Assembly: GCA_951406725.2 (NCBI GenBank)
Contig: OX597817.1
Location: forward strand, 147,498,001-147,562,000
Source: Octopus vulgaris
Lineage: Eukaryota
Reading direction: 5' to 3'
DNA: 64,000 nt
Positions 42,902 through 57,394 of the stretch are shown one piece after another. A model generated the notes under the pieces. That model did no database searches and was not told the origin of the DNA. It was given only the letters and a program-made list of their open reading frames with translations. Position numbers and translations under genes: made by a program. Each line of letters starts with the position of its first letter. The first letter of the stretch is position 1.

Positions 42902-43119
42902 AAGGCAGCGAGCTGCCAGAAGCGTTACTGCGCCGGGCGAAATGCTTAGCGGTATCTCGTCTGCCATTACGTTCTGAGTTCAAATTCCCCCGAGGTCGAC
43001 TTTGCCTTTCATCCTTTCGGGGTCGATAAATTAAGTACCAGTTACGCACTGTGTCGCTGTAATCGACTTTGTCTTGCTTTTCCCCTCTGTATTTAGCTCC
43101 TTGTGGGCAATAAAGAAAT
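42902..43119 (+). mobile_element. SINE family B monomer
   Basis: Head, core, tail. Confidence 0.88.
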
Positions 43120-43615
43120 ATACATTCATATATATATATATACATCTATTTGAACATACACACACAATCATTCTATTCATAGTTGCCAAACAGGTTCGTG
43201 GTTCGGCGTCCTTAACTCCCTTAAAAGCCGTGGCAAGTCTTGTTGTATCTATACAATATATATTTGTAATTCGAGTATTCTTGGACTAGTTAAGTGTCAT
43301 AAATCGATGGCAGAAATATCGTGTAACTTTGTGTTATCATTGTTTGGTTGAAACAGTATGAAATTACTGCGGAAAATTTCCGAAACAAAGTTTATAGCAA
43401 GATAATTATTTTCCATCGTTAAAGTTCGTTACTGACACGTGATTATTAGCTTGAAATTACTCTTGGTCGCTAAGATTATCCCAAATTACTTTAATGCACA
43501 CGGAAGATATGATATGTTTGTAAGTAGAATAGGCAAAAGCTATGACGTATTTCGTTTCTGTTATATTTCATCAGTAAAACTTTGATTAGTGGAAAATACT
43601 AAATCTCTCAAAGAG

Positions 43616-44126
43616 AGACATTCAGTAACAGCTCTTTAAAGTAAAGGCTATTTGTCAACATAATGTGCCTGCCCGACAGGGATGTTGTTACTGTTGTTTT
43701 AGCCCCAATAAACATTCTTCCTAACTGGCTGTACGACACATTATTTGTATCCTTATATTTTCGAACAGAGAGCTCAGCATTCCCATCAAGTGCAGAACAA
43801 TATCTGTGGACTACTTTCTGGTTTATTGCGCGTTATCAACACAGAGTGGTTGCTTTGGTCAGGTGGCGTTGCTGAATTCACCGTTCGAATATATACTTTT
43901 CATACTTTTCATAGCCACTGATCAAAAAATAGAAATATTATTATTTCTAAATAGCTTAGATACAGACATTCAATAACAGTTCTTTAAAGTGAAGGCTATT
44001 TGCTAACGTAATGACACTGTCCCGACAGGGATGTTGTTACAGTTATTTTAGCCCCAAGAAACATTATTTCTAGCTGGCTGTACGACACACTATCTGTGCC
44101 CTTATATTTTCGAACAGGGAGCTCAG

Positions 44127-44127
<1 letters not shown>
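43616..44127 (-). mobile_element. Partial-tandem non-coding element, distant homologue of 2196-2861
   Basis: Direct repeats 43616-43778 / 43964-44127 (period about 348); shared blocks cagtaac.gctc, aatgtg.ct, gacaggg, tgttactg, tttagcccca; ends at (TA)n. Confidence 0.7.
43803..43845 (-). ncRNA. Degenerate type I hammerhead motif with U3-A8 core
   Basis: UCUGUG-UUGAUAA-...-GAAA-GUA-GUC-CACAGA; 6-bp perfect stem I; stems II and III decayed; same relative position as the 2412 motif. Confidence 0.5.
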
Positions 44128-44176
<49 letters not shown>

Positions 44177-44177
<1 letters not shown>

Positions 44178-44340
44178 ACGGGCTTCTTTCAGTTTCCGTC
44201 TACCAATTCCACTCACAAGGCTTTGGTCGATCCGAGGCTATAGTAGAAGATACATACCCAAGGCGCCACGCAGTGGGACTGAACACAGAATCCTTTGGCT
44301 GGTAAGCAAGCTACTTAACACACAGCCACTCCTGGGCCTA
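44177..44340 (-). mobile_element. SINE family A 5' half
   Basis: Head and core blocks. Confidence 0.85.
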
Positions 44341-45449
44341 TTTATATGTACGTATGTATGTATGTATGTATGTATGTATGTATGTATGTATGTATGTATG
44401 TATGTATTTGTGGATACATGTGTCAGAAATCATTCTTGATTTGAGGTATATTTCAGAGAAGAATTTGAAAATGGATCTATATAGGACTGGCATGATTTAA
44501 ATTTACTAAGACTACACAAATATGCTCTTCTTAATCTTTATACAGTCTTTGCATTACGTTCGCTATTTTTTCCAACTTTCTGAATATCACGCTGCTGCTC
44601 TCTATGTATTTCCAATATTTCGTATTATTTCACCTCTTATTAAAACTTCTTTTGTCTTTATCTTTACACGTCAATCTATATTGTTTCCAGTCTTTGTTGC
44701 TTCTTTTTCGTACTATTCAAAAAACAATTACAATCTAACACAGACATCATAAATTGTTTCTACTAAGTAAATATTCCATTGTTTGCAGACGGAATATCTC
44801 CTGGGAAATGCATTATCAGTAAACATTACAAAATATTTTTGTGATGAAATTATAAATTTTATAGCAAATATTTCACTGTCGTTCCTAATTGTACGATGTA
44901 TTATTTTTCACATGTCTTCTATTCATTCCAATAAAATTACTCCAGTGCAGATAACAACCGAATGGATATCCTGGTTCGTGCCATTTCAATTTTCCTTCTA
45001 GGTCATTTGGTTTTTATTTTATTTTATTTTATTTTATTTTATTTCATTTAACTAGAACATTTGCATGCAGTCTAACCGCAAGCTACTAATAACAGTAAGA
45101 TTTTAATGTTCATAGTTTACACTTCATGATTACAAATGAAATATTAATAATATTGCCTTCTAAACTACATTCCAATCAATTTAATCTCTGATATACATGT
45201 GTCTTATTTCTGAAGATTTGTTTCTCAACTAAAATAAAGTATAATAAAGTTTATTTTCATGGTGTAAACCATTAAAGCGTGCACAATTACGCCTGTATTT
45301 TTAGGACATTTAAATTCTCATCCTTTAACAGTAGCCATACTAACTTGGTGACAGAGTTGGTCTTCAAATAAGAGTTATCAAAAGGAAGAGTGATATATAT
45401 AGCTTGTTTGATGTATATACATATCTATGTGCATAAGTAGGTATATGAA

Positions 45450-45503
<54 letters not shown>

Positions 45504-45561
45504 CCTTACTTTCTTTCGTTCTATATATATATATATATATATGTATCCTTACTTTCTTTCG

Positions 45562-45640
<79 letters not shown>

Positions 45641-47102
45641 TGTAATTGAATAATATTTGGGTCACGCGAAGTTGGAAAAGCAAAAAAAAGAAACTAGAAA
45701 AACTAAAATTAGAACTTGTAGAAAGACAACCAATTCTGTCACTCATCTTACTTTATTACATGCATGTTGAATAAGACAGACTTGAATTTAAAAAGTAAAC
45801 GTAGAAAATCGTCTTTAAATATAGATCGAGAGAGAAAGTAGACTGGAAGAAAATAAGTCACGTAGAAGAAACAGAAAAGCAAAGAAAAGTTAAGAATCGA
45901 AAATAAAAAAGGAATACACAAGAAAAGACGTGGAACATTTAATACAAAAATGTGGAAGTAAAGTGTAGAATAAAGTTGAGAGTAAATGAGGAAATTATAA
46001 AGATTGACAATGACAAGAGAGTGAATGAAGAGAATATTTGTGCGATTCTTATAATGAATGGGATAGCGAAATTGTTACTTATTTCGGCCATTTTGGATTT
46101 TAAAAAACCCCAGCATGAATCGATTTTTAACTTTGGTGGTGCAGTGTATTTCACTGTTAGTGTATACGATGATGTAGATGTGGATATACATGGCATTGAT
46201 GAAAGAAAAGAAGGAAGAAAGGAGGGACAGAATTAATTTCTGCGAAAATTGTTTAATGGTAATGAAATAAACCTAGACGTTCACTTTTATTTGGTCTGCT
46301 TCGCGTTTTCGTTTTTACTATCATGTAACCATACAGGTAGAGATTGACAACTCGCTTGTCGCTTTTTAAAAATTCTTTTTACTAAACACTATAGAGTATT
46401 TGTGTTCAGTTTCTCAACCGCTGAACTCTAACTTCTCTGCTATTGCTAAATGAACAGATTTGGAATAGACTTCTTAAATGCTTTTTTTTTTTTTATAAGT
46501 GCGAAGCATCTATATATAAAAGCGTGAGTCAGTACTAATGCACCGCTTTCAGAGATATCTCGAAAAAGAAGTAAGCTATTTATTGTATAACATTGAAAAG
46601 GAAACTGTTATAGAATAGTTTATGTTTAAGACTTCGAACTGAGTCAAAAAATAATACATTAGCTACCACCACCACAACAACAACAACAACATGAGATTAA
46701 ATAATAACAACAACTAGTAAGAAATGGTGTCGGGTAATTTACTAAAGATTGATACACGTATTTAGTGGTTAATTTTTAAGGAAACTTAAAAGCCAGAAAT
46801 TTTATAATTAACTCAGTGAGAGATAGAACAATAACATGAGGCCAACAACCGTAATAATAACACTAGAAACAACAATACAGATGAGGAATAGTGGTGACTA
46901 CATATTCCAAACCATTCAGTATTTATATTCAATAATAAGAAGGTAAGTCAATGATCATTATAATGTGTTCCGGAATAGACATAGTAATTCGTTTAAAGAT
47001 TGAATTTCTACTAATCAATATAGTCAGTGAAAGACACATTCTGTGTGTGACTGATCAAGATTCCAAAGCATTTATTCTGCAGAATACTAAGAACCATTTC
47101 TC

Positions 47103-47190
<88 letters not shown>

Positions 47191-47206
47191 CTTTTGCAAG
47201 ATTCTT

Positions 47207-47481
47207 GATGAGTGGATTTTGTAGATGGAAATTGAAAGAAGCTCGTCGTATATATGTATATGTATGTATGTGTATGTGTTTGTGTGTCTGTGTTTGTCCC
47301 CCCCAACATCGCTTGACAATCGATGCTGGTTTGTTTACGTCCCCGTAACTTAAGCGGTTCGGCAAAAGAGACCAATAGAATAATTACTAGGCTTACAAAG
47401 AATAAGTCCTGGGGTCGATTTACTCGACTAAAGGCGGTGCTCCAGCATGGCTACAGTCACATGACTGAAGCAAGTAAAAGG
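47207..47481 (+). mobile_element. SINE family A 3' part
   Basis: gagtggattt..gtaga...ggcggtgctccagcatggc. Confidence 0.88.
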
Positions 47482-48482
47482 GTAACGAGCAATGTACATG
47501 ACTAAAGACAACAAACAGTCAGGTGGATATTCTAAGCCAGGTGTTGAAGTAAAACATGCAGCTGTTTATATAAAATGGATTAATTTCTACGGTGGACTGA
47601 GATCTCACTTTGTTGCGCACTGTACGTCACTTGTCCCTATAACCGTATATACATTGATATTATTTCACTGAGTAATTGGAAACTTACTGATCTAATCTAA
47701 TCTACCTCATTAAAATCAACGTATTTACTGATTGAGTTGAACAATTATATCAGCCGGTTATCGAATTCTGTTGAATAATTATGTTAGCTGTTTACCACAT
47801 TCAGTTGAGTAATCTATCTTAGCTGTTTATCCTTCATTCGCTTATCTAAGTTGAAAGGCAAGATCTACATCGTCAAGATTTCATCTCAGACCAGAAAGCT
47901 ACTGGAATTATAAAAACAAAGCATCCAATCCTTTTTCTCTGTAACTATTTCCACTGCTCCCAAAATGGCAGTGATGACGGGGAGGAAGACAGAATAAGGA
48001 TTGCTTACTAGAGAAGTTTATAATTACTGCGGCCATGCCAAACAAGTTAAACAGCTTTGGTATTGGTGCTCGTTGCCAAGTATATCTCATCAATTATAAA
48101 TAACAAAAGGTAAGAAAAAAGCAAAAAATAGAACATAAAATTTCTAAAAAAACTATATGAATAAATATATTATAATATTTTTGTTTTTGTCAGCGAAACT
48201 CATTAAAGCTTGGAATATGAACACAGCAGAGAAAGACTGGGTAAGGAAAGAAGGTAGGTAACGTAAGAGAGGTGAGAGAAGCGATGAAAGAAGGGGAAAA
48301 TGCATTGTTAATGAAGAAGGATTATTATGAAAATCTAAGAAATGTAAATTTTGGATTTATTCGTTCAGATTTTGATCAATATACTCCGCCATCATTAATT
48401 GTTTATTCATTTATTATTTTTAACTTTAAAAAAGGTGTATATCATATATCAAATTTTATGTTCATTTTACTAGTATACACAG

Positions 48483-48588
<106 letters not shown>

Positions 48589-49328
48589 GTGTCTGGAAGG
48601 AGGGAGAGAAAGAGGACGGCGAAAGAGAGATACACAGAGGGGGAAGAAAATTTAGACAAGAACAAGGCAAAGCGGTATTATAAAAAAATCTAGTGTAAGT
48701 CATATACATACATACATACATATTCAACACACAGACACACACACACTCATATATACATACATATACGTATATATATATATACATACATATACATATAGAG
48801 ATGTATGTATGTGTGTATGTATGTATACGTCTATGTATATATTATGTGTAATACATTATGCATATATATTGATATTTCAGTTGTTTTTTGTTTTGTTTTA
48901 TTATTGCTGTTACTGTGTAGTTTTGACTCTCTATTTTTCCACTCGCTAACAACCTTGGAATGTCTAGTGATATAGCTGGACACGCGCAAAAACAATATGG
49001 AATCATTAAGCAGAATAAAAGTATGGCAACAACAAAACATATTTCTAATCAGATTTAGCAAACAAAATATTAAATGATATAAAAGAACAAAAAAAATATG
49101 AAACTTTGTCAAAGAGACAGAAAAGGAACGAAGGAAAAAAATATGAAAAAAAAAAACAAGCAAATAAAACAGAGACAATGAGGAAAAGAGAAATGGTATA
49201 AAAAATGAAATGAAAAAATATACATGATAGATTAAGACAGTTAAAAAAGGGTTATAAAGAAGGATATAGAAAAAAGGAAGGTTAGTGCGAGAGAAAGAGA
49301 AAGGAAGAAAGAAGCATAAAATAACAGT

Positions 49329-49380
<52 letters not shown>

Positions 49381-49414
49381 ACGTTCATATATATATATAT
49401 GAACGTTGTGTATA

Positions 49415-49452
<38 letters not shown>

Positions 49453-49544
49453 TATACAGCCTTTATATATTATACATATATACACATATATACACAACCT
49501 GCATATATATATATATATACACACACAACCTGCATATATTTATA

Positions 49545-49593
<49 letters not shown>

Positions 49594-51019
49594 CCTTTAT
49601 ATATATATTGTATGTATGCATATACATATATGTATTAGGTATGTATGTATGTTTATATGTATATTATATATATATATACATATCCTGGGAAGCAGAGAGA
49701 AATAGAGATAGAGGTGGGGTGAGAAATGTAGAGGAAATCGTATTGAGAGACATAAAAACCCATTGCAACGGACCTGTCAAAGTTTGAGTGCAGTATACAC
49801 ACAAATTAATTTTCCACTGTCGGAAGAGAATCATGGGAAGGGAGAAGATAGAGACACGAGTTACAGGACTAACCGAGAACATTCTGCCTGTTATGCTTTC
49901 AGACTGTCTTTAAATAACAATTAACTCCTAACCTCTGGCCTTGTCCTTTCGCTTGAGCTGTTTTTTGTTTTGTTTTACGGGCACAAGCTTTTCATGATTT
50001 TTTCTTTCTGAGTTTGTTTTGTTTTCTTTTTGATGGTTTATAAAATTTTTTCTGTGTTACGTTTTAAATCTAACATCAGTTTTTAATCTTCTCCACAAAC
50101 AAGATTCAGTTTTGATGTTCCTAAACACATTTTATTGTTATTTTTCATATAATTGTTTACTAATATAAATATTTTGCATTTTTCTTTTTGGCTTTTTTTT
50201 CGATTTTAGTCTATTCATTTTCTTTTCGCTTCTAATTTTACATGGAGACAATGTCTGAAATTTGCATAATACTCAGGTCAAGAGGGCAGATTTTGGTAAA
50301 GAAATAAATTAAAAAAACAGATTTGTTTATTTGTTGTCGTGATCCGGCCTGCCATTCCCAGGTATACATTTTTTGTTGTTCTAACCAAATTATCAATATT
50401 TAATTTGTCAGTGATGTTAGAACAGTCTCAAATGGCTTAAAATATTTTGAAATCTAATGATTTTATTCAAATTATTCAAATATGGTAAAAAAGTACGTAA
50501 TGATCTATAAATTATCAGAGGCGCCATCATGGCAGTTCAGTTTGTTTTGTCATTTCATCTAACTCTATCTGAAATCTGTGAGTAGTAACAGTGACTTCAG
50601 ATTCCAGTTGGTTGTCTGTGTTAGTAGTATTTAACCCTTTGCCCGTCTGAAGCATTTTCAAAAGTTAAGCAAGTTCGACTTTTAGGCATTTCTTATTAAA
50701 TACGTTTTGAATTATGTAAAACTTTTTTCTTAGGCCCCATGTTAATCTAAATGGTTGAAAAACATTGGGAATGTATAGCATATATGATGCATGGACATCA
50801 GGGAAACATGTCCTCGGAGAAAAATTGGATTGCAAAAAAAAGGAATAATCAAACAGAAACGTCTTAGTAACATTCCTGTCTTAGACACGTCAACTTAATT
50901 GTGAATAAACTACCGACTTTTATTTGCCCCACATTTGCAGGGATCTTAATACAAAAGATATTTCAACTAAGGCTGATACATGCCCAATAATGATTTCTAG
51001 TTACATTAAATTTTACATA

Positions 51020-51251
51020 ACACTAATCCCACGCGATATCGCTGTTTACCTATCGCGGTTCACTTTCGCAGTTTATTATTTAACCTTGCGTTGATTCCTC
51101 CGCGGTGTTGTTTTGCATTTATAATAAAATAAATATATACAAATTATAAAAATAAAAATATACTTTACAGTACTGTTTCTACTTCGCGGATTTTCACCTA
51201 TCGCGATGGGTTTTGGAACGTAACACCCCCGATATTCAAGGTATTATTGTA
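51020..51251. mobile_element. Tigger/pogo-type MITE
   Basis: Diverged TIRs cactaatcccacgcgatatcgc / cccgatattcaaggtattattg-ta; internal cctatcgcg repeats. Confidence 0.55.
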
Positions 51252-51269
51252 TTTCCTGATGTTCTATAC

Positions 51270-51926
51270 CAGAGGTTCTCGAACTTTTTGGGCCATAAAC
51301 CCCACCTCATGGCCACATAATACCTCAGCGACCCCATCCCTATTTTTATGTATAAATAAATATTTTATATTTTACCAGTTTATACATAGTATGAATCATT
51401 GATATTCAATATCATATTATATAATATGCGTGTGTGAAGGCACATGGCTTAGTGGTTAGGGCATTCGGCTCACGATTGTAAGGTCGAGAGTTCGATTCCC
51501 GGCGACGCGTTGTGTCCTTGAACAAGACACTTTATTTCCCGTTGCTCCAGTCGACTCAGCTCGCAAAAATGAGTTGTACCTGTATTTCAAAGGGTCGGCA
51601 TTATCACACTCTGTGTCACGCTGAATCTCCCTGAGAACTACGTTTGGGGTACACGTGTCTGTGGATTGCTCAGTCACTTTCACGTTAATTTCACGAGCAG
51701 GCCGTTCCGTTGATAGCATCAGCTGGGACCCTCGTCGTCGTAACCAACGGAGTGCTCCTATATAATTTGTATACGATACTATAATATTATAAATTCATAG
51801 CGTCCTCCAATCCACTGCCTTCCTCCCAATGCCTCCTTTTTCTCTATTGCCCCTTTAGACACTAGCGACCACCCGGACCCTGTCAACGCCCACCGGGGGC
51901 GGCAGAGCCCAGTTTGACAGCCTATG
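51270..51926. mobile_element. hAT-type MITE interrupted by a SINE
   Basis: Termini cagaggttctcgaact / agtttgacagcctatg; decayed TSD ttctatac / ttccaata. Confidence 0.5.
51432..51757 (+). mobile_element. SINE family C (tRNA-derived)
   Basis: Pol III A box tggcttagtggtta, B box gttcgattcc, then gtgtccttgaacaagacactt central domain. Confidence 0.85.
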
Positions 51927-52041
51927 TTCCAATACATAAACAAATGTTCTCTGCACGAAATACAACTTCTGTATCTCGTACAGCGAATGCGCTTGTCGAT
52001 TACCTTGTTGAACCTGATTCAATATAATTTTTTTATTTTTT

Positions 52042-52230
52042 ATCCTTCACTTGTTTCAGTTATTGGACTGCAACCATGCTGATGCACCACCTTCAAGTGT
52101 GTACTAGAACGTATTGGCCACATTGAATACTCTTTAAACCTGGCAATTGTTCAATCCGACACTTTCTTCGACTGCTACGTTACCGGAGCGTAAACAAAGT
52201 AGTATCTATTGTAAAGCCGTGATGGAAAGC
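52042..52230 (-). mobile_element. Old SINE family A 3' fragment
   Basis: acttgtttcagttattggactgcaaccatgctgatgcaccacc. Confidence 0.6.
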
Positions 52231-52293
52231 CCACACATTCACATCCATTCACCCGAAGTACACACACACGCACACAGACGCACGCACGTTATA

Positions 52294-52369
<76 letters not shown>

Positions 52370-54815
52370 AAGTTGTTTGTTATAGCCAGTCAGAAAGTGA
52401 CAGTTGGGTCCACACCTCTGAAGCGCTTAAATTTATAGGCGACTCGTCAGGCATAAATGACCGGGAGCACATAAACTCTCTACAACTACGAGGAGGAGGA
52501 AAATGTTATGGTCTGTCAATTTTGTAAAAAAAAAAAATAATAATTCCGTTCTGGAACTCTACTGGCTTAAATTTATGTCTACAAACGCCAGCCGTAGAGG
52601 TCTGAAGATTTTCCCTAGTCGTCAAATGAGTAATTTCAAGTTTCCAATACGAATTTCCCTTGATGAGGGCACAGATTAAATGCCCCTTTTTTGAGTTTAA
52701 AGAGATTCTCGGGTTAAGTGAGTTTTTCAGTATTCTTACTCTTTCGGTCAAACAAAGCTTAATAGTAAAATAATAATACTAGAAGCATGAGGTAGTTGCT
52801 TTCTTTGGACACGACAAATTATTTTTGCTTTTGTTACCTATTGAAAGGAATATGTGAACGCTGTACATCCCAAGCAAGACACACCTTGGGAGAAGACATT
52901 TTAGCTTCTACCATTAGTTACAGCATCGTCACATATTCTATAATTTTATGAAGAAACACCACAAATAAGAAAATTAAGGCGGCTATATCAGATAAAGTGG
53001 AATACTGACAGAATACTATATAGTCTTAGTTTTGGCCATCTTTTTCATAGCTGGACCCCCTTTTCTCAAATTCAGATTTCAACATTCATCCATAAGAATC
53101 GATAAAATGTGTATCAATCAATTTGTGTCATTGAGTACATGGTATCAATACCTAACGCGAAAGGATAGTGACAGTATTTAATATTGTAGCCTAGTAGTAT
53201 ATCATGGTTGAAAAACGAAATACAGTGTCGCTACAAGTCGTGAATCCTTATATTCGGTGTTTAAACTCTGGCGAGCTTATCTTTGCCTCTCCACTTGCTT
53301 CTCCATCGGACTTGATAGAAGTTATAGATAAAATACCAGAGCTGAGCAAACGACACTCGAATAACAGTACTGTATAAAATGTTTTAAGGGCACAGGTCTC
53401 CAGAGTTGGGAACTAGGAATGTGGCGCAGCATGGAAAGTGTAGTATAAAGGCAAGTACTGTTATCAACATGTCCCACGATGACTAATATCCTTGCTGGCC
53501 CCGGGAATAAAACTTCCTGCGTTTAATTATCAATATATGAAGCAAACTGCCACCAATTGGAGGCATGTAATCGGGAGTAATACAAAGTTCAGAATCTATT
53601 GTTATAATCACATTCGACACTCTAGTAAACTTTAAAAAATTACATAGGACCCCTTTCTCGAAAAATACATACAACGAGGCTATAATCACATGCTTATCAT
53701 CATTACAAGATTTCTTTCCCTTAGAACTTTCCTAAGCTTGCATACCTCATACGATGAATGTATGACACAAAACGAAGCACGCTGTGCAGGGAGCCCTAGG
53801 CAAGTCGTGATCACGATTGTGTCGTGGTTTCGATTCCCTGCTGAAGCAACTACACTTTTCTTAAGTTCTTAATACTCTGAAGAAAGCGATTCATGACTAA
53901 CACCCTATATTTAAAAATCTAAATAATCGTACCCTAGGGGGGTAACTACTGAGCGTGCTGTCTGTGCAAGTTGATTTTGCCTCGCAGTTGGAATCATTTT
54001 AGTCACGTATGAATTTTGATACGCTTGAAGGAACAATATCGTAAGTAAACCCACGATACATCTGATAATTCATATCTACATGAAATAGTTTTTATTGGAA
54101 AAGAATTTGTGCTATCCGTAGCAGCCAAATTGTGTCATGTGATTCTCACTGATTCTAAAACATCTACGATTGCATTTGGTTAGTGAAATGTAACCATATT
54201 CTATAAATATATATATACATATATTTTTATTGAATCACTCGTACATTTTCAAGAACTAATAAATCAATCATTTCACACATTGAACTAATGAAAAGACAAA
54301 GAAAAAAAAACAACAACAGTAAGTAACATAACAACGATGACGACGATGACGACGACGATATATCTGCAATATAACAAATACTATTACAATCAGGGTAATT
54401 AATAACTGAGAACGAATTTCGTGAACCGTATGTTCGTGCAACTTTTATGTCTCGCTTCAATCTGTTAACACACACACGCACACACAGAAACACACAGAAA
54501 CAGACATACACAAACACACACGCAAACGCACACACATAAACACACATACACAAACACAGACACATACACACACATATCCAAACATATGATACATGCATTA
54601 ATATATGCATGTATGTAATCTATCTCTTTATCTCTCTATTCATGTGTGTATGTGTGTATTTGTGAACCTGATTTTTTCTGTCTAAATCTATATACATTCA
54701 TACTTACAGTATACATATATGTACATATATACACGCATGCACACAAATGTACGCACACTTATACCCTCATGTTTATATATAAATATATATACATATATAC
54801 ATATACTTACATATC

Positions 54816-54847
<32 letters not shown>

Positions 54848-54921
54848 CATATAGATACATACATCCACAAACACACACGCATATACTTTCTAATTAAAAC
54901 TGCAAAAACATCACAAAACAC

Positions 54922-54995
<74 letters not shown>

Positions 54996-55003
54996 CGAAA
55001 AGT

Positions 55004-55279
55004 ATATAATGGGTCATTCACTTGTTTAAACATAGATATAATGAATCATTTACCTGTGTAAATATAAAATTCACACTATCGTATATAAACAGACATATAT
55101 AACGTATACACACTAACATATACCATATTTGCCCATATGCTAAACTAAATACGTATGCAAATTAAGTTACATATACTTCAAATGCATAAATATATATGCA
55201 ACAAGATATATATTTAGAACGCATGTAATTAAATATAAATCAATGGAGATATACATATTTATCAATTGGACACACACAC
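55004..55279 (+). repeat. Direct duplication, copy 1 (copy 2 at 57007-57308)
   Basis: Same sequence apart from small indels. Confidence 0.9.
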
Positions 55280-55344
55280 ATACGAGTATATATATTATAC
55301 ATACGAGTATATATATATACATTAACATATGTATACATACAGAC

Positions 55345-55398
<54 letters not shown>

Positions 55399-55747
55399 GT
55401 CTGTATGTATACATATGTTCATCTATATATATATATATCTCGTATACACAACCGTATATACGCTTGTGTACAGGCACATTAGAAATATATATACTTAAAG
55501 ACAACCGATGTCTGGAAATACTAACTTAATTTCATATAAATATTGTTTTTTTCGGAAATATTTTCGTGACTTTACTGCTGTAAATTGATCGATATGACAT
55601 TTTACAGCTCAAGATCACACCACAAGCTGTATCGATAATTTGAAGAAGAATATAATATCGGGGCACTAAAATCAATCTATACGCACGCCCTCACACCTCA
55701 CGTAAATAGTGCAAATTTATGTATTAACGTAAACGTATATAGAGCCA

Positions 55748-55972
55748 CTGGCAGAAGCAGAGACGTGAGTACATGCGCCACGCCGGGCGATATGCGTAGC
55801 CGTATTTCGTCTTTAGTTAATGTTCTGAGTTCAAATTCCGCCGAGGTCGACTTTGTCTTTCATCCCTTCGGGAGCCAATAAAATAAGTACCAGCCGAGCA
55901 CTAGGGTCGATGTAATCGACTTACCCCACCACATCCAAATTGTTGGACTTGTGCCAAAATTTGAAACCAATA
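55748..55972 (+). mobile_element. SINE family B
   Basis: Core plus alternative tail. Confidence 0.8.
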
Positions 55973-56689
55973 ATTGAAAGATGGTTTACGAATTTTTAAC
56001 TTTTTTGTCTCGTAGACACTAAAAGCTACTTTATAAGCTCATTTGATTTTATTATGGGGAGAGGTACAAAAGCGCTCATTGCCGAATGATGTATGTGTGT
56101 ATGAGCGCATGCGTGAGTGTGGTCTTGTGTGTGTGTATGTGTATATATATATATGTGTGTGTGTATGTGTGTGTATATGTGTGTGAGTCTGTGCTTGTGT
56201 ACTTGTATGTTAATGTAAGGGTCAATCTAGGGTGAGAGAGAAGTAGGAGAGTTGTCAAGGTCGGGAAAAGTGGGTACCAGGTGGTATTAAGTTGAAATGG
56301 GTTCTGACAGTTTCCACGCTTCCAAATGCTCACAACACATATATTTAAAATAGGGACAGAGGGCGCTTTAACATAATGCTATAAAATGAAATAAAATAAA
56401 AAATAACGATATCAATACGTTGTTTATTATGTGCATTTGAGGAGAGTTTCACGATCAACACACTCGTATACGTAAAGTTTTCTCCCACACAAATCTAGGA
56501 CTACATATAGTGGCTGGGTGCGTACCCAAACACTTATGGGGGCAAATACACACCGACATTCAACAATCACCCCCTCTCACATACTCATACGTACACATAC
56601 ACATGTATATATAAACACATGCATCTGAACATACATACACAGACGCATGCATATATATGAACAGGTACATCTACGTACATATACGCGCC

Positions 56690-56751
<62 letters not shown>

Positions 56752-56755
56752 ATAT

Positions 56756-56809
<54 letters not shown>

Positions 56810-56897
56810 TACATATACCTATATATACATATATGTGTGCATCTGTTTATCTATCTATCTATCAATACATACATACATACATACATACATACATACA

Positions 56898-56956
<59 letters not shown>

Positions 56957-57394
56957 ATATACATACATACATACAAGCACACATACACTTCTGGAAAAGT
57001 ACACAAATATAATGGGTCATTCACTTGTTTAAACATAGATATAATGAATCATTTACCTGTGTAAATATACAAAAATATTCATACACTATCGTATATAAGC
57101 ACAGACATATATATGCACGTATACACACTAACATATACACATATTTGCCCATATGCTAGCGCAAACTAAACTACGTATGCAAATTAAGTTACATATACTT
57201 GCAAATGCATAAATATATATGCAACGACGCAGATATATATTTCTAGAACGCATGTAATTAAATATAAATCAATGGAGATCATACATATTTATCCAATTGG
57301 ACACACACACATACACATGCACGCATACACATACACAGACACACACACACATGTACATACACACGCACACACACAAATTGATATGTCAGACATA

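Noticed and set aside
43538-43582. Minus-strand CUGAUGA...GAAAUACGUC
   Set aside because: Stems I and II cannot pair; likely chance
50632-50970. TTAA-CCC start suggestive of piggyBac
   Set aside because: No matching GGG-TTAA terminus with an inverted repeat found nearby
51437-51505. tRNA-like sequence with A and B boxes
   Set aside because: No complete acceptor stem, and it continues into a SINE body, so it is a SINE head and not a tRNA gene
52395-52455. Minus-strand CUGACGA-GUC...GAC
   Set aside because: GAAA is absent and there is no stem I
52506-53872. Complex-sequence ORFs of 60-80 aa that might be exons
   Set aside because: No recognisable motif or convincing splice context; small exons cannot be excluded without RNA data
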